DNA of 64,000 bases. It comes from Myxococcota bacterium (GTDB lineage: Bacteria > Myxococcota_A > Polyangia > Polyangiales > Houyiibacteriaceae). Shown in pieces: positions 18,482-27,600 of the stretch. The translations under genes and the position numbers were made by a program. The stretch lies in contig JBCCEA010000012.1 in the NCBI GenBank assembly GCA_039030515.1, positions 1 to 64,000 on the forward strand, in the 5' to 3' direction. The notes below the pieces were generated by a model that was not told the origin of the DNA, did no database searches, and was given only the letters and a program-made list of their open reading frames with translations. Position 1 is the stretch's first letter. Each line of letters begins with the position of its first letter.

Positions 18482-19777
18482 ATGCTCTGTAACGAAACCA
18501 TCGAGGAAGATCAACTCCGGAAGTACCGCAGGAAACTACTGGTATTTCTCAGCGTGGCGAGTTTTTTTGAAGGATATGACTTCATCGCCTTGACTCAACT
18601 GCTACCCGAACTCCGGGAAAATTTCAGTCTTTCTCGAACTGAAGGAGGATTGCTGATCGGCTTCATCAACATCGGGACGATCGCGGCATATGGAATTGTC
18701 CGTCAAGCCGATCGCGTGGGTCGAAAGCAGGTGCTCGCCTTCACGATCGCTGGATACGCCATACTCACCGGCCTGAGCGGGCTGGCACCCAACGCGATCG
18801 TGTTTGGCACCCTCCAACTCATGAGCCGCGCATTCATGATCGCTGAGTGGGTCACAAGCCTCGTCATCGCCGCCGAGGAGTTTCCCGCAAATCGGCGAGG
18901 GACGGTGGTCGGCACGATTCAGGCGTGCGCCTCCCTTGGCTCGATCGTTTGCGCGGGGATCATTCCGACCCTGAAGTCGTTGGCGCCCGCTGCCGGCCCC
19001 GGATTCCTCTGGCTCCCTGAGGGAACCGACTACCGCTTTCGGGTGGTCTATTTCATCGGGGTCATCCCTCTTTTTGCTCTCGCATACGCACGTAGAAATC
19101 TGAAAGAGACTCGCCGATTTCGCGCCACCAAGTCGGGCGAGCCTGCCCCACAACGCTCGCTTCTACACATCTTCCGTACCCGCCACCGGAAGCGCGTGCT
19201 CCAGCTCGGACTCATCTGGACGACCTCATATCTCTGTATGCAGAACGGCGTCGCCTTTTTTAAGGACTACGCGATGACGGAGGCCGGACTCACGGATACC
19301 CAGGTGGCTGATGCGGTCAAGATCGCGGCCCTCGTTTCAATGCCCTTTGTCTTCTACGTCAGCCGGCTGCTGGACGCCTTAGGGCGCCGGCCTTCAGCCG
19401 CCATCATCTTCGGAACTGGTGCGTTCGGGATCCTGATCGCCTACCAGTCGACCCATCTCCCTACCCTCACGTTGGCCTTGGTTCTGGGCGTCTTTGCCTC
19501 GAGTGCCTCAAACCACGTCCTCAATACCTACACGACCGAGCTTTTCCCGACGGAACTCCGAGCAGACGCTTTTGCTTGGTCGAACAACGTGCTGGGCCGA
19601 ATCGGCTACGTAGGTTCTCCGATTTTGGTCGGGTACCTAGCAGACCAATTCGATTCTTGGGGCCTAGTCCTCACCACGACTGCCGTCTTCCCGTTGATCA
19701 CCATTTGGCTCATCTACTGGCTGCTGCCCGAAACCAAAAAGATGCCTCTCGAGGAAACGGAAAAGCTGGGGATATGA
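18482..19777 (+). CDS. MFS transporter
   Basis: FFEGYD, ADRVGRK (motif A), EEFPA..RG, LDALGRR, ELFPTELR and LPETK motifs. Confidence 0.92.
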   Translation: MLCNETIEEDQLRKYRRKLLVFLSVASFFEGYDFIALTQLLPELRENFSLSRTEGGLLIGFINIGTIAAYGIVRQADRVGRKQVLAFTIAGYAILTGLSGLAPNAIVFGTLQLMSRAFMIAEWVTSLVIAAEEFPANRRGTVVGTIQACASLGSIVCAGIIPTLKSLAPAAGPGFLWLPEGTDYRFRVVYFIGVIPLFALAYARRNLKETRRFRATKSGEPAPQRSLLHIFRTRHRKRVLQLGLIWTTSYLCMQNGVAFFKDYAMTEAGLTDTQVADAVKIAALVSMPFVFYVSRLLDALGRRPSAAIIFGTGAFGILIAYQSTHLPTLTLALVLGVFASSASNHVLNTYTTELFPTELRADAFAWSNNVLGRIGYVGSPILVGYLADQFDSWGLVLTTTAVFPLITIWLIYWLLPETKKMPLEETEKLGI

Positions 19778-19809
19778 CTCCCAAGTCCTATCGCGAGCCT
19801 TGAACTACA

Positions 19810-20253
19810 TTGAACAAACTTAAAAAGATCATCACGGGCGATCGGGCGACGCAGCAAGAGCGGGTTCTAGTGCTGAGGTTTGAACATTTCCAGCGTTCGG
19901 TTCTGCAGCCGGCAGCCCACATATTTGACGCCTTGCTCGCTCAATACGGTGCTCGTGGATTCGGCGTTCTCGTCGCTATTCGCCCGATAGGTCCCAAACC
20001 TCCCTCGCCCCGTATGCTTCGCGAACTTCGCGTCTTTTTCAGAGATCGGGATCCCGACATCGCGGCGACGGCCTTCGCTATCGAGGCAGATGGCTGGGTG
20101 GGACGCTGCATCTTCGAGACCATCCGCACCGTGGGGCGCGCCCTGCCGGTCTCCGGTTCTATGGGCTTCGTTCGCAGCGAGGCCGAGGGGATCGAATGGC
20201 TGGAGCACACCCTGAGCGACCTGGAAACTGAGGGAAGACCATCGCTCACTTGA
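19810..20253 (+). CDS. Hypothetical protein, possibly STAS/SEC14 (SpoIIAA-like) fold
   Basis: Alternating beta/alpha pattern ending F.S..EGIEWL, typical of that family; start uncertain. Confidence 0.5.
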   Translation: MNKLKKIITGDRATQQERVLVLRFEHFQRSVLQPAAHIFDALLAQYGARGFGVLVAIRPIGPKPPSPRMLRELRVFFRDRDPDIAATAFAIEADGWVGRCIFETIRTVGRALPVSGSMGFVRSEAEGIEWLEHTLSDLETEGRPSLT

Positions 20254-20314
20254 GGGCGCAGGCTCAGGACCGACCTCGATCCGTCCTCAGAGATCGCACC
20301 TTGACGGCGCTCGC

Positions 20315-21253
20315 CTACACGGCGAGGGAGCGCGCCTCAGCGGGAGCCAGATGCGATTCGGAAACCTGCCGGCTCATTCGCGCACCGACCCAGGCCACCA
20401 CCTCGTTACCTGCCCCTCGATACTCCAAACCAGAAAAGCAAAAGTGCTTCGCCACCGCGATTCCCCTGCCATGCGCGTCCAATGCGCGCTCCGGAGCGAA
20501 ATCGAGATGAGGTCGGAAGTCAAAACCCGTGCCGGCATCCTTTACGGTAAACACCAGCTGATCTCGATGTCGTCTCAGCGACACTTGGACTTCTCGATGT
20601 CGATATTTGGGGTCCGCAAGCCGGTGCCCAACTTCGGCCTCCCAATTGCCCGAGGCGAGAAGCTCACTCTTTTGTTCGTAGGTGATCCCCAGGTTTCCAT
20701 GCTCCACGGCGTTGACGAGCAGCTCCCAAAGTCCCGTATAGGTTCGCTCACCATCCTCAGCGAGGCCCGCAAGCATCAGCGCCAGACCTCGCGCTTGGTC
20801 GAGCGTTCTGAACCGAAAGGTGCCCTCGTCCATCATGCCGAAGACCTCTTCCGACGCGCCCACCCGCTCCTCTAAAGCCGAGCGGGAGCGTTTGTGTTCG
20901 AAGACCGTCTGAATCGCGGCCTGCAGCGCGTTTTGGCGGTACGGCTTGACCAACACATGGGGAATTCCAAGCAAGGTCGCGTCGTGTGCGGAAGACCTGC
21001 TGGCGGTCTGAAGAATGACCGAAAACAACATTCCCCCTGAAATATGTTTACGAAGATCGTCTAGCAAGGGGTTGATAGTGCGGTCCAGGCAGTCACCGTC
21101 AAGAACGATACAGTCCGGATTCAGCTCTCGGTGAAGTTCGAGCGCGTCTGCCTGGGCGGTGCACACGACGACTTCAAAGTTTAGACGCTGCAAACGTCGC
21201 TCGAGAAGCGCGCGGCTCGCACTGTTGGTGTCCACGACTAGAACTCGTTCCAT
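20315..21253 (-). CDS. Receiver domain fused to an RsbW/SpoIIAB-type (HATPase_c_2) Ser kinase / anti-sigma domain
   Basis: REC: VLVVD, PDCIVLD, T, KP. C-terminal: ELLVNAVEHGNL, VKDAGTGFD, HGRGI. Confidence 0.85.
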   Translation of the reverse strand: MERVLVVDTNSASRALLERRLQRLNFEVVVCTAQADALELHRELNPDCIVLDGDCLDRTINPLLDDLRKHISGGMLFSVILQTASRSSAHDATLLGIPHVLVKPYRQNALQAAIQTVFEHKRSRSALEERVGASEEVFGMMDEGTFRFRTLDQARGLALMLAGLAEDGERTYTGLWELLVNAVEHGNLGITYEQKSELLASGNWEAEVGHRLADPKYRHREVQVSLRRHRDQLVFTVKDAGTGFDFRPHLDFAPERALDAHGRGIAVAKHFCFSGLEYRGAGNEVVAWVGARMSRQVSESHLAPAEARSLAV

Positions 21254-21344
21254 ACGCTTCCTCGAGAAAAACTAGCCCGATCGTCTGCCCAAAAACAATC
21301 GTCTGTCCAAGTAAATTATGAACAGTACATGGACAAAAAGTTCG

Positions 21345-22601
21345 TCAAAGGGTGGGTTGAGGCGGCTCTTGGTGCAGAGAAGTAGGCAGAGCAACCACAA
21401 TGCGGGCTCCTGGACTGTGCTCGGAATCGATCCAAACCTCACCGCCCAGCGCCTCAACGACTTCACGACATCGACCGAGGCCGAGACCGTGACCTTCGGC
21501 GCTCGCGTGCTCGCCCTGATAGAAATCTTCGAAGGCTCGCTGTCGATCTTGAAGGCTGAAACCGGGACCTTCATCGACCGTCGAAATCTCAAAGCACGCA
21601 CCGCTTTGAACCGCGGTCATCGTGACTCGCCCTCCCACGGGAGAAACCCGAACCGCGTTGTCGAGAATCCTTCCGAATGCGTCCAGCAGTTCCCCATAGC
21701 GACCCGCTACCCGACCCTCGCTTCCCACCTGTTCAAACTGCAGTCCGATACCGCGAAGAAGCGCCGGATGCTGCACTCGGGCAAGACTACCGGAGCACAG
21801 CTCAGATAGATGGACGCCGCGTGACTCCCGCTCTTGTTCCGGGGCTTCAGGCTCCTCCATCGATTGGATGCATTCCTCCAGAATCGCGAGGTGCTCCGCA
21901 AACATCCCCATCACCAACTCGTCCGTAGGCTCGCCAGCCTGAACGGACTCCGAAAGCAGTTCGAACGCTCCCGTCAGCTGATGCACCGGGCCCCGCAAGC
22001 GCAACGCGGCGGAGTCAAGTCTCTGCTTTGTGAGTGCACGATCCCGCTCTTCCCGAGCTTTCGCTGTCCGGAGCTCGTCTTCCATGAATTTGCGGTGGGT
22101 AATGTCGCGCTCCACCGCAACAAACATTTTCTCCGGGAGAAGCGGGCTGTCCATGATGGATACGCCAATCTCAAGCCAGTATCGCTCTCCATCCGCGCGG
22201 TAGTTCTCGACTTCACACTGAAACGATCGACCCTCCTGGAGCGCGTGTCGAAGTGCCGAGGTGCTTTCTTTTCGGGTCTGCGGACCCTGAAGTATTCTGG
22301 GCGACTTACCGAGCGCCTCTGCCGAACTGTATCCGGTCAGTCGGGTAAACGCTGGGTTTACAAAACGTATATGCGGCCCAGGAGCGTCAAGATGCGTATC
22401 CGTAACGATGATCGCGTCGCGGACGCGCCCCACGAGTTCCGCGTAGAACACGCGCTCTTGCTCTTGCTTCCGAATACCTTCAAGCGCGGCAGTCGCTCTT
22501 TGTCTGATCGATTCTTGTGCCGTGTTTTCTAGCGCCTGGTCGAGAATCTGAGCAAGTGCATCGACGGGACTGGAACCATCTTCATCGGTGATCGGCTTCA
22601 T
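21345..22601 (-). CDS. Cytoplasmic PAS-domain histidine-kinase-like protein with an atypical H-box
   Basis: PAS (IIVTD...FVNPAFTRLTGYS..EALGKSPRILQG, RDIT); CA domain LDNAV, DEGPGF, FEDFY, GHGLGL. The H-box reads ALRLRGPV. Confidence 0.85.
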   Translation of the reverse strand: MKPITDEDGSSPVDALAQILDQALENTAQESIRQRATAALEGIRKQEQERVFYAELVGRVRDAIIVTDTHLDAPGPHIRFVNPAFTRLTGYSSAEALGKSPRILQGPQTRKESTSALRHALQEGRSFQCEVENYRADGERYWLEIGVSIMDSPLLPEKMFVAVERDITHRKFMEDELRTAKAREERDRALTKQRLDSAALRLRGPVHQLTGAFELLSESVQAGEPTDELVMGMFAEHLAILEECIQSMEEPEAPEQERESRGVHLSELCSGSLARVQHPALLRGIGLQFEQVGSEGRVAGRYGELLDAFGRILDNAVRVSPVGGRVTMTAVQSGACFEISTVDEGPGFSLQDRQRAFEDFYQGEHASAEGHGLGLGRCREVVEALGGEVWIDSEHSPGARIVVALPTSLHQEPPQPTL

Positions 22602-22915
22602 CGGAGAACATCACGAATCTCGAAATAGCGTTCAAAGCGCGCCAGCTCGAGAACTTCTCCGGCTTCTGTTCTTGGCCGCAAGAGACAGACCTGAGCGTCT
22701 CGCTCGGTTGCATACTCCCTCAGCAGCATGAGCATGCCCAGTGCAGCGCTGTCGATATGCGACGCCTTGCCTAGATCGACGTTGAACTCTCGAGTGGTTC
22801 CAGGCTCCGTTTCATACGCCTGGCAAAATTCAGATCGGGTCGCGACGTCAAAGCGTCCCACAATCCGGATGACACGCACCTCATTTGACACTTGTTCGGC
22901 CTGAATTATGGACAT
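22598..22915 (-). CDS. STAS-domain anti-sigma-factor antagonist
   Basis: GRFD, VDL....HIDSAALGML with the phosphorylatable Ser; overlaps the kinase start by 4 nt. Confidence 0.9.
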   Translation of the reverse strand: MSIIQAEQVSNEVRVIRIVGRFDVATRSEFCQAYETEPGTTREFNVDLGKASHIDSAALGMLMLLREYATERDAQVCLLRPRTEAGEVLELARFERYFEIRDVLR

Positions 22916-22923
22916 TTCCGCTC

Positions 22924-23949
22924 CTAAAAAAGTTCCACATCACCGGCCTCGACATTTTCCTGCGTGACGTGATTCGACATCTGCTCGAGGTTGTCTAGTT
23001 CTCCCTGAATGCTCCGGACAAACTCTGGGGGCACGTTGCCCGACACGATGACTCGGGCCACCAGGTCTTCGAGAAGCGTCAATTTCTGCATTGCACCAGC
23101 AAGCAGCTGAGTGATGATGTCGTCAAATTGCAGTGCTTGAACGGCTCGGACCGTGTGCTGACCATTCTCGCGGGCAACCGCTTCTACGGTGGTATTCGCG
23201 TCACTCAGGGCCGATACCACGACTTCCACCTGAGACTTCGATTCCATGGCTCCGGTCAAATCGCGGCTTGCCATATTGTCGAGCACGACTTTCATCCGCG
23301 AGAGTTCTCGACTCGTCATCTCAACCGCATCATGAATGCCTTCGCTGGTATCTTGCGAAGACTCAGAAAGGGCCCTCACCGAACGGGCAAACACGCGAAA
23401 GACCGCAGCCCAGGAAAGTTCGTCGCTAATGCCCTTCTCTTGCTCGGGGGTGTCCAGTTCCGCGACCCACTGCGTGTGCGCGGCTTCGCTGTTGGCCGCC
23501 TGCACCGAGGCATTTAGAGAAATGAGTTTTGTTGCCAAAGCGTCTCGTTGAACCCGGCGCGTAATTTTGACCACGCTTCGCATCTGTTCCATCACGCGAT
23601 CTAACTCGTTGGAAAGCGCAATCGAATCCTTGGACGTGCGCACGAGCTCGTCGACAAACCCCTGCAGTACCGACGACGTGATGTCGACGAATCCCGTCGG
23701 TTCCTGAGACTCTTCATCTTCGGTCTCGTTCTCCTCATCCCCTCCGAGCCCTTTCTGAAGCACTCGAAACGCATCAAAGGTGCGCTCTGCGCCTTCTTCA
23801 ATGCGTTGTAGGGACTGATTCAGCTCCTTGTAGGTTTCTCGCATCAACTGCGTTGCACGCTCGAGGTCATCGCGAACGGAGTGCACCGCGCTTCGAAAAC
23901 GTCCCTCCATGTAGGAGGATTCCGTACTGTTTAGGCAGGCTACGGCCAT
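22924..23949 (-). CDS. Soluble McpA-like truncated chemoreceptor signalling-domain protein
   Basis: Degenerate hairpin tip TKLISLNASVQAA...FRVFARSVRALS, VQALQFDDIITQ, C-terminal GDVELF; no TM segment. Confidence 0.7.
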   Translation of the reverse strand: MAVACLNSTESSYMEGRFRSAVHSVRDDLERATQLMRETYKELNQSLQRIEEGAERTFDAFRVLQKGLGGDEENETEDEESQEPTGFVDITSSVLQGFVDELVRTSKDSIALSNELDRVMEQMRSVVKITRRVQRDALATKLISLNASVQAANSEAAHTQWVAELDTPEQEKGISDELSWAAVFRVFARSVRALSESSQDTSEGIHDAVEMTSRELSRMKVVLDNMASRDLTGAMESKSQVEVVVSALSDANTTVEAVARENGQHTVRAVQALQFDDIITQLLAGAMQKLTLLEDLVARVIVSGNVPPEFVRSIQGELDNLEQMSNHVTQENVEAGDVELF

Positions 23950-23980
23950 TGAGAGATACTACGACCCGAAGCCACCAAAC

Positions 23981-24047
23981 TTTAATGCGACCAGCCAGCA
24001 AACGACCCGCAGTCGGCTCAGACCTCGCCCTCAGATATTTAATGCGA
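23981..24047. promoter_or_regulatory. Direct repeat TTTAATGCGA x2 in the divergent promoter region of the che locus
   Basis: Identical 10-mers at 23981-23990 and 24038-24047. The regulatory role is inferred only. Confidence 0.35.
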
Positions 24048-24101
24048 ACAAATGGGGGCTTCTGACGGCCAGGTTTTTCTCGCCGGTACTTCAGAGCGCT
24101 T

Positions 24102-24458
24102 TTGCCTCGTCCGTACCTCGCGAGGGTGGAAGCAAACACCGCCAAACCCGCCTCTCACCTCACGCTACCCGAGGACTTCACACTGCCCGGACTCGTAGAC
24201 ACCTATGAGTCAATTCGGAAAGCCTACGTTCCCGGGGTGCCCTTCATTCTTGACGGTTCGAGCGTCGAGCGATGCGACGCAGCGGCTGTGCAGATACTGT
24301 TGGCACTCGCAAAAACCGCCGCAGAGGATGAGTCTCCTTCTCAAATACTCAATCCTTCACCGGCTCTAACAGAAGGTTTCAACACACTTATGCTCTCTCA
24401 TGTGCTTGAGACGCTCTCCGTAAACGATTCCAACGATGGCCCCAAGGAGGCACTGTGA
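24102..24458 (+). CDS. STAS-domain protein, first gene of the che operon
   Basis: LTLP..FT, LDGSSVERCDAAAVQILLA; overlaps the cheY start. Start could be GTG 24126. Confidence 0.8.
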   Translation: MPRPYLARVEANTAKPASHLTLPEDFTLPGLVDTYESIRKAYVPGVPFILDGSSVERCDAAAVQILLALAKTAAEDESPSQILNPSPALTEGFNTLMLSHVLETLSVNDSNDGPKEAL

Positions 24459-24817
24459 AGGAAGTACTAATCGTCGATGACTCAGCGTCCATGCGGCAAC
24501 TTATTGAAACCACCCTCGCACAGGGGGGCTACGATGTGACGTCTGCAGAAGATGGCGTAGATGCCCTCGAAAAAGCAGGAAAACATCGATATTCACTCGT
24601 CATCACCGACGTAAACATGCCAAGAATGAATGGCCTTTCTCTCGTTGGCAAACTGCGTGAACTAAGCGAATACAAATACACTCCGATTCTTGTGCTGACA
24701 ACAGAGACTAGCAAAGAAAAGAAGAAAGAAGCCAAAAGCGCCGGCGCGACTGGCTGGCTGACAAAGCCGTTTGACCCGCGGAAGCTGCTGGAGACCGTAG
24801 GTAAAGTGGTAAACTAA
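24455..24817 (+). CDS. cheY: Chemotaxis response regulator CheY
   Basis: VLIVDDS, ITDVNMP, LTTE and GWLTKPF motifs; directly upstream of cheA. Confidence 0.93.
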   Translation: MKEVLIVDDSASMRQLIETTLAQGGYDVTSAEDGVDALEKAGKHRYSLVITDVNMPRMNGLSLVGKLRELSEYKYTPILVLTTETSKEKKKEAKSAGATGWLTKPFDPRKLLETVGKVVN

Positions 24818-27066
24818 TGGTACTCGACCTCGACGCGATCAACGAGTCCCTACGCGAAGTCTTCACCGAGGAAAGCGCAGAACTCATCGACGACCTTGAA
24901 GCGAGGCTTCTGAGCCTAGAGGAAGACGGCGAAGACATAGAGCAGATTCATGCTGCCTTTCGCGCTGCACACTCGATTAAGGGCGGAGCAGGGGCGCTAA
25001 GTTACGAACTGATGGTGGAGTTAACCCACCTCGCCGAAGCGATACTCGAAGAGTACCGAACGGAAAAATCATCTCCCAACGCAGAGTCGATCGCGCTGCT
25101 GCTCGACTCTGTGGACTGGCTCCGCAAGATGATGGACTCCGGCAACCCTTCGACCTTCCCGCGAGAACCAGAGCTCGAGGAGCTCATGGAATCTCTCAAG
25201 GGTCATATTGGCAAGCATGATGCCGAGCAGAGCGATGTAGAGGCCGCAGCCAAAGACTCGGGCGACGACTCTCGTGAACATGATGCTGCCCAAGGCGATA
25301 CTGCACCGGACGGCACCACGAGCTCCGATGCAGCACCGAGTGACGCTACGCTCTCAGGGGGGTATTCGATTTCCTTCCGCCCGCATGCAGATATCATGAA
25401 GGGAGGGAACGACCCTCTCCGTATACTTCGTGAACTTCATGAGATGGGAACGCTCACCGGTTCCTGCACAGAGAGCGAACTCCCAGATCTTCTCGACCTT
25501 GATCCCGCAACGATACATATCGCATGGGACCTGCATTTATCTACCGAGGCGACCGAGGAGGAAATCGAGGACGTATTTTCCTGGGTGGAAGACGAGTGCG
25601 AACTCGAGATAAGCGCGCAGGCACCTTCTGCCGAGACTGAAGAGAATCAACCGGCCCAAGCTGTCGCGGAAACAGAAGGCCCCTCAGAGGCAGCCGCAAA
25701 CGCGCCGCCCGAACCCGATCCTGCGGCCTCTTCTTCATCTTCGGGGGAAGACGCGCAGAGCGAAGCCCCTGCGAAAGACGCGGCGAGAAAAAAATCCGCA
25801 AAGAGCGAGCAGGCCCCTTCGAGACGTCCCAAGGCCGTCGTTCGTGTAAGCACAGACAAGATCGATGCGCTCATCAATATGGTTGGTGAGCTGGTGATCA
25901 CCCAATCCATCCTCGGGGAAATCGACGACGACTCGGAGGCCGAACTGGACGCCCAGCAGCTATCCAGGATTCGAAACGGCCTAAGGCAACTCGCTCGGAA
26001 TACTCGAGACATCCAAGAAAGCGTCATGCAGATACGCATGCTTCCCATCGCAGATCTCTTCCACCGCGTTCCCCGAATCGTTCACGACATCGGGCGGAAG
26101 CTGAACAAGCAGATCACCCTCGAGACGCACGGAGAGCAAACCGAGCTCGACCGCAACCTACTCGAGCAGCTTTCTGAGCCCCTGGTTCATCTCGTTCGAA
26201 ACGCCCTCGATCACGGAATCGAACAGCCGGAAGAACGGCAAGCAGCCGGAAAAAATCCGACGGGGGTTATCTCGCTGTCGGCCACTCAGGAGAGCGGCAA
26301 CGTCCTCATCCGCATCTCAGACGATGGAAAAGGTCTAAATACCCAAAGGATACTGGAAAAAGCGTGGGAAAAAGGCCTCATTCCAAAAGGGGTCACTCCG
26401 AAAGACGAAGAGATCCACAGCTGCATATTTCGACCTGGTTTTTCCACAACGGACACCGTCAGTGAAGTCTCAGGACGAGGCGTCGGTATGGACGTAGTGG
26501 CTCGGAACATCACCAATCTTGGAGGACAAGTTCAGATCCGTTCCGAGGCGGGCAAAGGCACCGATATCTCGATCAAGCTTCCGCTCACCCTGGCGATTCT
26601 CGACGCACAGCTGGTTCGAGTAGGCAACGAGACTTTTGTCATTCCGATTCTGTCCATTGTCGAATCCCTTCAGGCGGACCCGAACCGTTTTCTGCTGATC
26701 GCCAATCGAGATGAAGGATATCGACTCCGGGACAGGCCACTTCAGGTGCTTCGCCTCGGGGAGACCTTCGGACTGACTTCGCGAAGCCGTAGCGAGGAGC
26801 AACCGAAAATGATGGTTGTCGTGGAGGTCAGTGACGCTCAGCTCTGCCTCGTCGTGGACGAACTACTGGGACAGCAACAAGTCGTGGTGAAGAGTTTGGA
26901 GAAGAACTTTCGCCGAGTCGAAGGGCTGGCTGGCGCCACGATTTTGGGAGACGGGACCGTCGCCCTGATTCTCGACGTCTCAAGACTTATCGACATGCGG
27001 CGTGAACACCAACGACGCGGACTCTTTGGAGCCTCGTCCTATCAGGTCTCAGGGGCACTTCAATGA
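24817..27066 (+). CDS. cheA: Chemotaxis histidine kinase CheA
   Basis: Hpt FRAAHSIKGGA, dimerisation LINMVGELVI, HLVRNALDHGIE, DDGKG, GFST, SGRGVGMDVV, LPLTLAI, C-terminal CheW domain. Confidence 0.97.
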   Translation: MVLDLDAINESLREVFTEESAELIDDLEARLLSLEEDGEDIEQIHAAFRAAHSIKGGAGALSYELMVELTHLAEAILEEYRTEKSSPNAESIALLLDSVDWLRKMMDSGNPSTFPREPELEELMESLKGHIGKHDAEQSDVEAAAKDSGDDSREHDAAQGDTAPDGTTSSDAAPSDATLSGGYSISFRPHADIMKGGNDPLRILRELHEMGTLTGSCTESELPDLLDLDPATIHIAWDLHLSTEATEEEIEDVFSWVEDECELEISAQAPSAETEENQPAQAVAETEGPSEAAANAPPEPDPAASSSSSGEDAQSEAPAKDAARKKSAKSEQAPSRRPKAVVRVSTDKIDALINMVGELVITQSILGEIDDDSEAELDAQQLSRIRNGLRQLARNTRDIQESVMQIRMLPIADLFHRVPRIVHDIGRKLNKQITLETHGEQTELDRNLLEQLSEPLVHLVRNALDHGIEQPEERQAAGKNPTGVISLSATQESGNVLIRISDDGKGLNTQRILEKAWEKGLIPKGVTPKDEEIHSCIFRPGFSTTDTVSEVSGRGVGMDVVARNITNLGGQVQIRSEAGKGTDISIKLPLTLAILDAQLVRVGNETFVIPILSIVESLQADPNRFLLIANRDEGYRLRDRPLQVLRLGETFGLTSRSRSEEQPKMMVVVEVSDAQLCLVVDELLGQQQVVVKSLEKNFRRVEGLAGATILGDGTVALILDVSRLIDMRREHQRRGLFGASSYQVSGALQ

Positions 27067-27572
27067 ACGGCATCGCTACATCAGAGTCTGCTAGCCAATC
27101 GTCCTCTCAAGGCGCATTCGCAAAACAGAACAACAGCAGAGAGTATCTCACCTTCTTTTTGGGCTCTCAGGAATACGGACTCGACATCTTACGCGTCCAG
27201 GAAATCCGTCAATGGTCTCCGGTAACGATCATTCCCAACACTCCAGACCACGTTCGCGGGGTGATCAATATTCGGGGAGAAATCGTTCCGATCATCGACC
27301 CACGCGTGCGATTCGGCATGGAAGTCGTCGAGAAAAAGATGACCACCGTGATCATCATCGTGAAGACCAATGCCGGCGCAAAAACCCGACTCGTAGGCAT
27401 CGTGGTGGATGCCGTGTCCGACGTACTCAACATCGGACAGGACGATACTTCTGGCGCTGAAGATCCGATGGTGAAGTACGGATCAGAGTTTAGTTCCTCC
27501 ATTCTGACATCTGGAGAATCGGTCATCGTCGTACTCAATATCGATGCACTGATCGGCGAAGACACCCAATAG
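27063..27572 (+). CDS. cheW: Chemotaxis adaptor CheW
   Basis: [28 protein letters not shown] and [10 protein letters not shown] motifs. Confidence 0.95.
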   Translation: MNGIATSESASQSSSQGAFAKQNNSREYLTFFLGSQEYGLDILRVQEIRQWSPVTIIPNTPDHVRGVINIRGEIVPIIDPRVRFGMEVVEKKMTTVIIIVKTNAGAKTRLVGIVVDAVSDVLNIGQDDTSGAEDPMVKYGSEFSSSILTSGESVIVVLNIDALIGEDTQ

Positions 27573-27600
27573 CGAAGCACACGAAAGCGTGGGGACATCA

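Noticed and set aside
21990..22430. LOV-type blue-light sensor in the PAS kinase
   Set aside because: The motif is GKSPRILQ, not GRNCRFLQ; the photoactive Cys is absent.
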